Counted from the first letter of the stretch, positions 1 to 11,424 are shown. The stretch: DNA of 64,000 bases from Eledone cirrhosa (GCA_964016885.1 OZ024740.1:403000001-403064000), one strand, 5' to 3'. Numbers and translations are program-made. The notes: a model not told the origin generated them from the sequence alone.

Positions 1-757
1 TAAAATCTAGAAGGAGGTGTGGTAAAAACGAAAAGAAAAAAAAACAACAAAGCATATAACGATAAAGTTAAGGAAGTAGTGGTAGGGATGGATTTTAACC
101 GCGGCCAGCTTTTCTTACTCCCTCCCTCCGTCTTTCAGTTAGCTATCCCAGGACATTAGAATTACTCAGCTGTGGTGTATAGTAGACAGGTCAGCGTGGT
201 TTTACTCGTGGATACTTAATATCAGTTCTCGTGTGAGGGGGGGGGGGGATTAAGGAAGAGAGATACAAAGAAAATAATGAAAAAAAAAGATTGAAAAGTA
301 AAAGAAAATCAAACAATAAAAGAAAAATAAAGATTACAAAGTAGTAAAAATTGAGAGAAGAAAAAAAGGAAGAAAAATGAAAGCTAGTCACTTAGATGGA
401 TTCCATTGTTAAAGGGACACTTGCTGAGGCGATCATTACAATTGCTAAAGGCTCTTAAAACCCTGCTTATTCTCAAAAGCCTTCTTATACCAGGTATCAA
501 TTTTCAAAGCTACAATCCAACGTACGCACATATACATACACACACATACACACACACACACATACACACACACTCACACAAACATCATCATCAACATCTA
601 CACCAGCACCATGGTAAATGCTCACACACCGAAACCAACACTACCACTGTATACACGAACGTACACATACATACATATACCATACACATTAGAGTACGCA
701 TAAACAAAGTCTTTGAAAGTAGGATTAGTCACTTTTCATATATATATTATATATATA

Positions 758-895
758 GGAAAAAGTATGACCCCGATGGCAGAGCTCAAGCCGTTTCGAC
801 GGCTATTTCTGGACTACTACCCACTCTACTACCCTAAGTATTGAGTACTGTGGTGCGTTATGGTCCATCTGGTTCCTTACCGCAATTCCTTTGTT
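758..895. mobile_element. Fold-back family A copy, centre and most of second arm deleted
   Basis: GGAAAAAGTATGACCCCGATGGCAGAGCTCAAGCCGTTTCGACGGCTA joined to the family tail ...CACTCTACTACCCTAAGTATTGAGTACT...GGTTCCTTACC; flanked by (TA)n. Confidence 0.8.
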
Positions 896-1039
896 ATATA
901 TATATGTATATATATATATGTGTGTGTGTGTGTGTTTGTTTGTTTGTGTGTGTGTGTGTGTGTGTGAGTCTTGGTTTCAATCGGGGGTAACCTCAGTTAG
1001 GAAGATACTCAATATTTTAGAGGTTTGTAAACATTAGGA

Positions 1040-1160
1040 TTAATATAGAAATGGCTTCTACAGGACTAGAACTGTTTCATTCAAAATCACCAGGAAAGGT
1101 TTCCTGATGATTTACTATGAATAAAACAGTTCTAGTCCTGTAGAAGCCATTTCTATGTTA
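1040..1160. repeat. Short fold-back element with hammerhead-like core near the turn
   Basis: ATAGAAATGGCTTCTACAGGACTAGAACTGTTT mirrored by AAACAGTTCTAGTCCTGTAGAAGCCATTTCTAT; CTGATGA at 1104-1110; another copy of the arm at 2713-2760. Confidence 0.75.
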
Positions 1161-1164
1161 AACT

Positions 1165-1234
<70 letters not shown>

Positions 1235-1236
<2 letters not shown>

Positions 1237-1438
1237 AAACGAGTAGGACCCCGACGGCTGAGCTCAAGCCGTTTCGACGGCTAATTCTGGACTAAATTTA
1301 GTCCAGAATTAGCCGTCGAAACGGCTTGAGCTCAGCCGTCGGGGTCCTACTCGTTCCTATTACCCACTCTACTACCCTAAGTATTGAGTACTTTGGTGCG
1401 TTATGGTCCATCTGGTTCCTTACCATATTTCCTTCGTT
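1235..1438 (+). mobile_element. Fold-back family A, complete copy (~61-bp arms plus ~80-bp tail); carries 3' half of a hammerhead
   Basis: Near-perfect palindrome 1235-1357 centred on CTGGACTAAA|TTTAGTCCAG; GAAAC-GGCT-TGAGCTC-AGCC-GTC at 1318-1340; (TA)n both sides. Confidence 0.85.
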
Positions 1439-1448
1439 ATATATATAT

Positions 1449-1760
1449 ATACAAATATATTACACAAATAGAAGTGTGTTACACAGTGAAATGTGTGTAA
1501 AAAATTATTACAAGTGATTTTTACCGTTACTGTATAGAAAACAATATCTACAGGTTTATCTAAACCTGTAGATATTGTTTTCTATTCAGTCACGGTAAAA
1601 ATCACTTGTAATAATTCTTTACACACATTTCACTGTGTAACACACTTCTATTTGTGTAATATATTTGTATCTGAGCTCAGAAGGAAATTCTCTATTCTTC
1701 TTTGAGGTAATATTATTATTATTACTGTGAACTACGGAATGCTCTTAATTCCGATCCTAG
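1449..1760. repeat. Asymmetric fold-back element (~110-bp arms plus ~90-bp tail) in (TA)n
   Basis: 1449-1558 is the reverse complement of 1561-1670 with few mismatches; centre TACAGGTTTA-TC-TAAACCTGTA. Confidence 0.85.
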
Positions 1761-1844
<84 letters not shown>

Positions 1845-1848
1845 CATA

Positions 1849-2711
1849 TCTATATATTAATTTCAAGAATGTCAGTATTCCGTGTGTCATAATTCTCGAT
1901 TATCATTGGTTCATAGGTTTCAAATGACTCCGCCCACCTCAACGACGCCAAACTTAAATTAATATGCATAATGCCAATGAGGGAGTGAGAGGGGAGAGTA
2001 ATAAACAGAGAGGCAAAGTGATCGCTGTAACTATTACCATGTGTGTGTATGTATGTATGTGTGCGTATGTTTATGTGTGTGTGCGTGCGTGCAGCGTTCC
2101 ACGGAAAGTAAAAGCAATTCGACTTTATCAAACAGTGAACTACAGCGGCGACGGCGTGCGGCCAGGAATGAAGAAAAACGGGCCGAACAACGCCATCGGA
2201 ACGCCGAACTTCAGAGGCGAAGACGTGCCGCCATGAATGAAGAGGAGCTGGCTGAAAAACGCCAACGAAACACTGGAGCCAAGCAGCGACGGCGTGCTGC
2301 GATGGTTGAAGACAAATTGGCTGAGCATCATCTTTTATATTAATTATCTATATCTATATCTATATCTACATATAACATAAAAGATTGGAACTTCCATCAT
2401 CCTTTTGAGAAATGTGGAACAGCTACGTCTATGCAATGATACACGCTTTACAGTCAGGCAGAAGATGAACCATCTCCTAGAGGTCACTATTCTAGGTGGG
2501 ACCACCTAGAATTGTTCATATACTATGCACAAACGGTACAACGAAGAATCTGGTATATCTGGAAGATTTTTTTTACTGTTTTTTGTATCACACAGACACC
2601 ACGGACTCGCCTCATACTGTTACAAGACAAACATTCAATACAGTCATTTTCTCTTTTACCTGTCTTCTCTTATCATCTGTTTACCCGGGAGAAGCTGGGT
2701 ATGTCCGCTAG
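1849..2711 (+). mobile_element. Internally deleted non-autonomous Helitron
   Basis: 5' TC after A; 3' hairpin (ACCCGG-GAGAAG-CTGGGT) then CTAG|T at 2708-2712; Arg/Glu repeats (ELQRRRRAAMNEEELAEKRQRN) at 2137-2330; PIF1 helicase remnant GTSIILLRNVEQLRLCNDTRFTVRQKMNHLLEVTILGG from ~2387; C-terminal TKNLVYLE. Confidence 0.85.
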
Positions 2712-2774
2712 TATATATCAAGTTTAACATAGAAATGACTTCTACGGGACTAGAACTGTTTATATATATATATA

Positions 2775-3275
2775 AAGTAAGTCCAAAGAACCATTAGATA
2801 AAATATATACAGTATTTCCTCTCCCAATCAGTATAAATCAACCACACAAAAAATCATTTAAACGAGGCTATAAGTTTAAAATTTACTTATGAAGAAATAA
2901 TAGACAAATGATATAGCTTCTTATCCGCGACTTACAGCTACAAAATATTTACCTAATATTCCTATTAGCCTGTAGAAATTGACTAGATATATAGTTAACT
3001 ACACATAATTAGATACAAAATCGAAGTTAGAAGAAAAAATGTACATAAACTTTAACCAAATCTTCATAATATCTCTACCACCCATCGGTTTCGTTCACTT
3101 TTTGGATATATCCGGTCTTGGATAAATCAACGAGGTTTGGAACTCATCAGGAGATAACTCAATTGGACAAAGATTTTTCTACCATGATCCCCGCCAGAAA
3201 CGAATTCAAAATGCCTGAGAATCATCACGTGGCCAGTGGTCAAGACAGAAAGTTTGTGAATGGTGCCTGTCGGCG
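2775..3275 (-). mobile_element. Non-coding PLE-like terminal fragment carrying a hammerhead, inserted in (TA)n
   Basis: ~500-bp block bounded by TA runs containing a canonical type-I HHR. Confidence 0.6.
3070..3156 (-). ncRNA. Type-I hammerhead ribozyme with extended stem II
   Basis: Minus strand: TATCTC-CTGATGA-GTTC[insert]GAAC-GAAA-CC-GATGGGT-GG-TA-GAGATA; stems I, II and III pair; GUA cleavage triplet. Confidence 0.8.
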
Positions 3276-3283
3276 ATATATAT

Positions 3284-3482
3284 AACGAAGGAATTGTGGT
3301 AAGGAACCAGATGGACCATAACACACCAGAGTACTTAATACTTAGGGTAGTAGAGTGGGTAATAGGAAAAAGTGTGACCCCGATGGCAGAGTTCAAGCCG
3401 TTTCGACGGCTATTTCTGGAAATATTTCCAGAAATAGCCGCCGAAACGGCTTGACCCCTGCCGTCGGGGTCATACTTTTTCC
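3284..3482 (-). mobile_element. Fold-back family A copy (second subfamily)
   Basis: Tail then palindrome centred on CTGGAAAT|ATTTCCAG; flanked by (TA)n. Confidence 0.85.
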
Positions 3483-3764
3483 TATATATATATAACCTAC
3501 ACCACCACCACCACCACCAGAGCCACAAGCTCTACCACAAACACCAACACCACCACCACTTCCATCAACACCAACACCACTACCATCACCACCACCACCA
3601 ACACCACCACACCACCACCTCCACAACTACATTCACAACCACCACCACCACCACAACCACAACTACCTTCCCTTCCCACACACTTTTCGCCTGAAGAAGG
3701 GTTATGCCGGAAACGTCGTTCCCCCACCACCACCCCACTCTCAAGAGCGTGAAACTAATAAACC

Positions 3765-3830
<66 letters not shown>

Positions 3831-4119
3831 GAAAGAGAGAGACAGAGATAGAGGGGGAGAGGGGGGATATGTAATCGCGACCGTGGTGCTAAGCTGTTTC
3901 GGCTTGTCTATTTGTATAGAGCGGGAAAGGTTCTATTGTACCTCTATCTCTAGAGCTTGTAAGATATGCGTGTGTGTGTGTATGAGTGTGTTTGACGAGA
4001 GAGAGAGAAGGGGAGGGAGAGAGAGAGGAAGTGAAAGAGTTAGAGAGAGAGGGGGTACGGGAACAATGAAAGATGGATAAATTGATATATGATGTGGTGT
4101 GGTGTTGTTTTGGTAATAA

Positions 4120-4550
4120 GCTGGTGGTGATGGTGTTGGTGGTGGTCGTGGTGATGGTGGTGGTGGTGGTGGTGGTGGTGGTGGTGGTGGTGGTGGTGGT
4201 GGTGGTGGTTATGGTAGTGGTTATGGTGGTGGTGGTGGTGGTGGTGGTGGTGGTGGTGGTGGTTCTGGTGGTGGTTATGGTGGTGGTTATGGTGGTGATG
4301 GTGGTGGTGGTGGTAGTGGTGGTGGTGATGATGGTGGTGGTGGTTGTGAATGTAGTTGTGGTGGTGGTGGTGTTGGTGGTGTTGGGGGTGTTGGTGGTGT
4401 TGGTGGTGGTGGTCGTGGTGGTGATGGTAGTGGTGTTGATGTTGGTGGAAGTGGTGGTGGTGTTGGCGTTAGTGGTAGAGCTTGTGGCTCTGGTGGTGGT
4501 GGTGGTGGTGGTGTAGGTTTTGGTGCTGGTGGTGGGTGAGGTGGTGTAGG
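4120..4550. repeat. (GGT)n-rich microsatellite
   Basis: Direct inspection; explains poly-V/T/P ORFs. Confidence 0.95.
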
Positions 4551-5524
4551 TAAATACAAAAAATGCAATGATATAGGCAGAGTAAAAAGGAATGAAAGTA
4601 TGTAATTGTATAGATTTAGGAGAGTTGAAAATACATAAAGGGGGGAAACTGAAACCCGTTAATAGAATAAAAGCTTCTTCTTGCTTTGGGGAAAGCGATG
4701 GGGTCATTAGTCTTTAATACATAATAGAACTGATGGTCAGTTACCAAGGCAGTAATGGGGCCACTTTTGTTACTTAGACCACACAGCTGCTCTTATGTTT
4801 TGCTCTTGATATCTTATGTATAAGGAGAACAAACAAAAATGTCATGAACAACAGAGGCCATGGAAAGAAAGAAAAGACATTTTAAACAACACATTTTGTA
4901 AAAACATCTGTTGTAATGTAGATTACTTCAAGATGTTTTGTGAACTTTTGTATGAATTGGGTCTCGAAGGATTAAAGCAGTTTTTAAACTGGCATGAAAA
5001 TCAAACATTAAGTCAAACTTTCCTTAAAGAATTTGATCAAATATTTTACGTAGTTTTAATTATAGCCATCTTCCAACAAATGTAACGTTTTAAGTAAGGT
5101 CTCAATAGTATACGGCTTTCGAAATATTCTTGGAAATATATGACGATTTGTTGCAAGACAAACTTTTAGGATTAGATGTTCAAATACTAGTCAAAAATAA
5201 AACGTTGCTCAATAAATGTATATACAAAAATGAAATCTAAAATAATTGTTTCTACTTTTGGCACAAGGCCAGCAATTACGATCAGGAATTAGAGATATAA
5301 ATATTCTTAACAAGCTGCTTGTAGTATTCATATTGAAAGGAATATGCTCGACGTATATAGGTATAAAGAAAAGCGAATTATTTTGTGGGATAATATCCAT
5401 CACTTTTGCTCGGAAAGAATGATTTGAGTAAATGAACGAAATCGGGAAATTATTTGTGAGAGAAATCCATAGATTACCCGATGATTTCTTGTCGGTGATA
5501 AATAATTCTCTGATTTCGTTCATT

Positions 5525-6322
5525 TACCCAAACCCTATCACTACCCCTAACCCTAAACATAACGTTAATGCCTAATCATAACTCTAACCCTAACCCTGAC
5601 CCAAACTCTACCTTATCCATAAACTTAATCCTAACTCTAATCACTGACATCCACCCTAACTCTAAGCTAGAGTTAACACTAAAACAAACTATAAACCAAC
5701 CCTAATCCCATCCTTAATCGTAACCGTAGCTTGAATCATAACCCAAAACTTAACACTAACACTAAGACCATTACCTAATCCAAACACTTACCCCACCCTA
5801 ACAATAAAACTAACCCTAACCCTAACCGTAAATCTACCCCTAAAACTAAACCTTACCCTAAATTTAACACTAAGTCTGATCTCTAAACTTATCACTAATT
5901 CTAAACCTAATCTTAACACGAGCCACTAACTCTGATCCTAATCCTAGCCCTACCTCTAACACTAACCGTAACCATAACCGAACCCCTCTCCATAACTGTA
6001 CCTCTAAATCTAGCTTTAATACTAACCCAAACCTAATCCTAAACCCGATACCTAACCCTGAGCCTAATCCTAATCGTAACCCTATCCTTATCCCTAACCC
6101 AAACACTAAACATAGTCAAACCCTAGCCGTGGCCATAACCCAAACACTAACCATTACCCTATTTCTAAACTTAACAGTAATCTTAATCTTAACCCTACCC
6201 TTGAGCCTAAACTGAACATAACCCTAAGACTAACTCTAAACCCTAAACTTATCCCTAGCCAAATACTAACATTTGCCCTATCCCTGTACCTGGCCCCATC
6301 TCTAACCCTGACCTTAGCCCTA
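5525..6322. repeat. Degenerate telomere-like (CCCTAA)n hexamer tract
   Basis: ~800 bp of CCCTAA/CTCTAA/TCCTAA/CACTAA variants in 6-bp register. Confidence 0.85.
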
Positions 6323-6378
6323 TTAGCGTACGGTGATTCTGTGTGTATATATACACACATACACACACACACATATTT

Positions 6379-6434
<56 letters not shown>

Positions 6435-6963
6435 TACATAATATATATGTGTGTGTGTATGTATGTGTGTGTGTGCGTGTGTGTGCGTGTGTGCGTGTGT
6501 GTGTGTATTTGTGTGTATGTATGTGTGTATGTATGCGTATGTATATCCTGAATAAGTATCATAAACACGACCATATGTTCAGTATATAATACCCTGTATT
6601 TGTCAAATCAATTACGATATGACACGTAATGTGTATATACTTATGAAATACAGAAATGTGTTTCAGTTGGTCTGATGTTAATTATCTTTAATTCTTTGGC
6701 GAGACTACATATATTGACGTTTGTAATAATCTGCAGATATTTGAATATTGGGGTTTTGTTTTGTTTTTTTTTTATATTCTGTTATTACCATTCATGTGTA
6801 CTAAAGGTATACCACCTTCGTGATTTTATTTGAAAAATGTGTTGTGTTAATTGAGTATTTAAGACCCAAATCAACTGAACAGCCATTTCATTTCCATATT
6901 CGTTGGTGATCGCTAATCTCATACGTTTATGTGTTGTATGTGCGAGTGAGTATGCCTATGGTA

Positions 6964-7098
<135 letters not shown>

Positions 7099-7247
7099 CG
7101 GGTGGAATCAAAGAAATATTCAATTTCATTAAAAAGTGTATTATAACTCAAGATAGACACACGTAGCAGACCACCAAAACCTTGTTTTCTATGTTTGGAG
7201 GGATTTTCTACACTTACATTCATAAGTGATGTGTATATATGAATGAA

Positions 7248-7420
7248 GGCGGCGAATTGGTAAAGTCGTTAGAACGTCGTATAGAATGTTTGCCGTATTC
7301 ATTTCTACCCTCTGCCGTATATGTTCAAATCTCACCGAGGTCAACTTTACTTTTTATCATTTCGAGGTTGATAAAATACAGTACCGGTCACGTAATGGGG
7401 TTGGTTCTTCCTCTATATTT
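7248..7420 (+). mobile_element. tRNA-derived SINE (family 1, Meta-domain-like)
   Basis: GGCGGCGAATTGG A-box region, GTTCAAATC B-box, then GAGGTCAACTTT...GATAAAATACAGTACC. Confidence 0.75.
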
Positions 7421-8019
7421 CTTTCTCGTTTCTATTCTCTCAATCCTTTTCTGGAAGAAATCTGCTGTGTTCGAACCTGGAGAGGGATGGACTTTACCAG
7501 ATTTTAAAAATGCCCTAGAAACGCCGTATGTGAATACAGTGCACCTACGACTCCTGCGGGGGTTATAGGACTATACATGCATATAAGAGTGCGTTTGAGG
7601 GTGCGAGTGTCTGTGTTTATGATCGATTCACTTTACTCTTCTTCACTCCCTCTCGCTTGTTTACTACTACTATATACTTCCTGTTGCCTGGTTTTTTAGC
7701 CTGTAGAAGTTCTAATTAGCGGACGACACAAATTCTTCCCTCCATATTTCATCGACGAAAGTCAATTTCCCCTGCTTCTGTCGTCCTGCACTGTGTGTTG
7801 TTCAATCAATTCTAGTTATAAATGTTCGAAATATTACCCGAACTCTTTTCCTCACTATTCTTTGTTTTGTTATCATCTCACGTGTATCACATGAACAGAA
7901 TAGACTCCAATCTGTGGTGCAGTATCACCTTAATGCGTGAAACTGCACAAAGAGCAAAGTGGGTTATGAGATAAATATGCATTTGTCTGTTCATTTTCTG
8001 CTGAGATAAGATTCATATA

Positions 8020-8340
8020 GAGTGTATCCCCGGCATTCGCGGTCCGGTTATTCGCAGGATTTTCCTTAGAACCTAACTAATAATTGTTCCTCGAAACCAC
8101 CGCATATTCGCGGAATCGTAAATATCGTCCGCGAATTTTAATGGCATTTTTCGTGGAAATATATATTTTCACGCTTTTTAACACTAAATTATTACAGACA
8201 ATATACCGTATTTGCCGGCCTATATTTTACGTTATCTTTTGACGTTTATAGGCATTTTTATGGACCACGCTCAATATTCGTGGCTTTCACTATTCGCGGG
8301 TATCCTGGGAATGTAACCCCGCGAATGCCGGGGTCAACTG
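8020..8340. mobile_element. MITE, Tc1/pogo (Tigger)-like
   Basis: Imperfect TIRs sharing CCCCGGCATTCGCGG / CCGCGAATGCCGGGG; TA on both flanks; internal TATTCGCGG repeats. Confidence 0.75.
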
Positions 8341-8717
8341 TATATCCATGCCAACACATGGCAGACGGGGGACCCAAAACACTCTATTTATTTCGTATAA
8401 TCACAAGGTTGAAGAGCGAGCAGATCGATGCTGGAATCGGGTCCATAGCTTCCATTAGTGACATTGGGCCAACCATATGGGAAATGCTCTTAACAGGTTG
8501 ATACTCAATAAAAACATAAATATATTGTAAACGAAATTTCATCGTTTTTATAATATATATATATGTGTCTGCGTGTGTGTGTGTGTAAAGAAGAAAAACT
8601 ATGAAGTTTCGCTTACAAGTATTTTCTCTTTTTATTGAGTATCGAGCGGTTACACACGTTTCGCAGATGATTGGGTCAAGGTCACCTACGGAAACTATCG
8701 ACCCGACTGCAGCATCG

Positions 8718-8795
<78 letters not shown>

Positions 8796-8868
8796 TAAAA
8801 TAACAGATTAAAGTTTAAGCAAAGAATCGCTGCTTTCTTTGGATTTTAGTCTTCAATTTTATTATTAT

Positions 8869-8912
<44 letters not shown>

Positions 8913-8959
8913 ATATGTGTGTATGTATATGTATGCATGTATGTATCTATATACATCTG

Positions 8960-9038
<79 letters not shown>

Positions 9039-9781
9039 TATATATAGATACATACATGCATACACACATTTATATATATATATATATAGAACAAATAGTT
9101 TATCGCTCTACATGGCTGAATACAATAAATTTAATCTGCGTTTTTCGAATATTAATAATTGTTTCTACTTTAGGCACAAGGCCAGCAATTACTCAGTGTA
9201 TTACTGCTACTTTATTTTATCGACCCCGTAAGGATGAAAGGCAAAGTCAACCTCGATAATATAATATAATATGATATTCGATTCGTTTGCAATTATGCAA
9301 ACAGCCACTTTAAAGCCATGCCAGTAGAATGACCCCATCATTCTTGCTCTTGTGTTGGCTTGTAAACAGAACTGCAGATACTATTGTTTCTGGTTGATTA
9401 CCTTTCATCAGTACAGTATACTGCTTACCTGCAAACTGTCAGAGCTAGTAAAAATATATGATATTTTCTAAAATATACACTGACTGATCAGCCTGTTTTG
9501 CATATTAGCAGATTGCATGATTAGCCAGATCTGCATATTAGCAGACCCACTGATCAGCCAGAGTTGCGTCTCTGCAGATAGAGCAATCAGTTTCATGTAT
9601 ACGAGCGATTAATGGCCAGGTTTGCCATATTCAAATAACTAACAAATAGTCTATCGCTCTGCATGGCTCAATACAATAAATGTAATCTGTGTTTTTCGAA
9701 TATTAATAATAATAATCGTTTCGTTTACAATTATGCAAACAGCCTATTTAAAGCTATGCCAGTAGATAAATAAATAAATAA

Positions 9782-9815
<34 letters not shown>

Positions 9816-9817
<2 letters not shown>

Positions 9818-10785
9818 GTGGGAAAGTAAAAAATCGGAGAATAGACCGTTAAAACATGTTTATTTAAAATATCACCTACGTACGTTTCGCCCAGTTGGGC
9901 TTCTCAAGGGCATAAATAATCACAAGTGTTCCTTATATTGCTCGGAAAGAGTTTTTGGGGTTAAATCCACATCAAGGTTCATTGCTCGCAAAAATATCTT
10001 GTTTTGATTTTGCAGCAGGTCAAGGGAGGTAACTCTGGCCGGTGTTAGGGCAGTCTTTCCCGGACAATTTTTTTTTTTTTTTTTTTTTTGCCGCATCCGT
10101 TTGTCTGAGGCTGGGTCTGGTATGCAAGGATTGTTTTCTGGGTGTTATTTTGCAGCGCCTGCCCGCCGGGGTGTTAAGACTTGTTGCAGGGAGATCCAGT
10201 GTACTATTTCACTCTTCATCCTTAACCCATCTGAAGAAGGATATTTTTAAACGATGTGTACAACTTATCGCTGTTTCAGCTCTGCTGTTGATGAGCTCGT
10301 GGGGTGCAGTTATGATGTGATAGAGCTCCATGAGGCAAAGATCGCATTTCCTCTTGAAGTTGTACGGTGCAGCCCTGCCGACAATCTCCCAGTGCGTGGA
10401 GAAGCTGATGTTTAAGTCTTTTAGTGATGTGATGTAGTCCGCGAGCGAAGTGGAGTGCCTTAGTTTTCTATTTGTGAAAGAGTGGAGATGTGTTCGAAAC
10501 CTAATTTTGAACGGGCCAGAGGTGGCCCCTATATAATGTTTAACGCTGGGCGAAACGTACGTAGGTGATATTTTAAATAAACATGTTTTAACGGTCTATT
10601 CTCCGATCTTTTACTTTCCCACGTGCTTACGCTCTGCTAACTATCTAGCCCACTAAATATTAACACTTCGAATATTTAATACTGCCGGTACTAGTATCGA
10701 GCACCTTTGGCATACGCTACTTGGCAAATAACTATATGTATCACCTATCCCCCCTTTTTTTCTATTTCTCGATACGTAAATACTA
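9816..10785 (-). mobile_element. 5'-truncated Penelope-like element: GIY-YIG C-terminus, 3' end with HHR variant, and inverted terminal segment
   Basis: Minus-strand ~10545-10210 translates to HYIGATSGPFKIRFRTHLHSF...TSLADYITSLK...WEIVGRA...CDLCLMEL...LINSRAE...CTHR; 10546-10625 is an inverted copy of 9816-9895 that continues to ~10785; (TA)n both sides. Confidence 0.85.
9871..9913 (-). ncRNA. Minimal hammerhead variant (CUUGAGAA core)
   Basis: GCC-CTTGAGAA-GCCC-AACT-GGGC-GAAAC-GTAC-GTA-GGT; palindromic stem III ACGTACGT. Confidence 0.6.
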
Positions 10786-10821
10786 TATATATATATATTT
10801 TATAAATATATATATATATAT

Positions 10822-10959
10822 AAGGAAGGAGTTGTGGTAAGGAACCAAATGGACCATAACGCATCAGAGTACACAATACTTAGGGTAGTAGAGTGGGTAA
10901 TAGGAAAAATTATGACCCCGACGGCAGAACTCAATAGCCGTCCGGGTCATACTTTCTCC
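10822..10959 (-). mobile_element. Fold-back family A copy with central deletion
   Basis: Family tail plus GACCCCGACGGCAGAACTCAA joined to TAGCCGTCCGGGTCATAC; in (TA)n. Confidence 0.8.
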
Positions 10960-10985
10960 TATATATATATATATATTCGAGAGAA

Positions 10986-11329
10986 TGAGAGAATAGAAAC
11001 GAGAAAGAAATATAGAGGAAGAACCAACCCCATTACTTTACCGGTACTGTATTTTATCAACCTCGAAATGATAAAAAGTAAAGTTGACCTCGGTGAGATT
11101 TGAACATATACGGCAGAGGGTAGAAATGAATACGGCAAACATTCTATACGACGTTCTAACGACTTTACCAATTCGCCGCCTTCATTCATATATACACATC
11201 ACTTATGAATGTAAGTGTAGAAATTCCCTCCAAACATAGAAAACAAGGTTTTGGTGGTCTGCTACGCGTGTCTATCTTGAGTTATAATACACTTTTTAAT
11301 GAAATTGAATATTTCTTTGATTCAATACG

Positions 11330-11424
<95 letters not shown>

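Noticed and set aside
385-500. S4 voltage-sensor-like RLLRISRVLRAF on the minus strand, or a small plus-strand exon
   Set aside because: Short frame with an upstream stop, no consistent splice sites and no supporting neighbouring exons.
1235-1357. Family A as a classical DNA MITE or rho-independent terminator
   Set aside because: Inverted repeats are not terminal (one-sided tail) and the context is eukaryotic; a DNA-transposon origin is not formally excluded.
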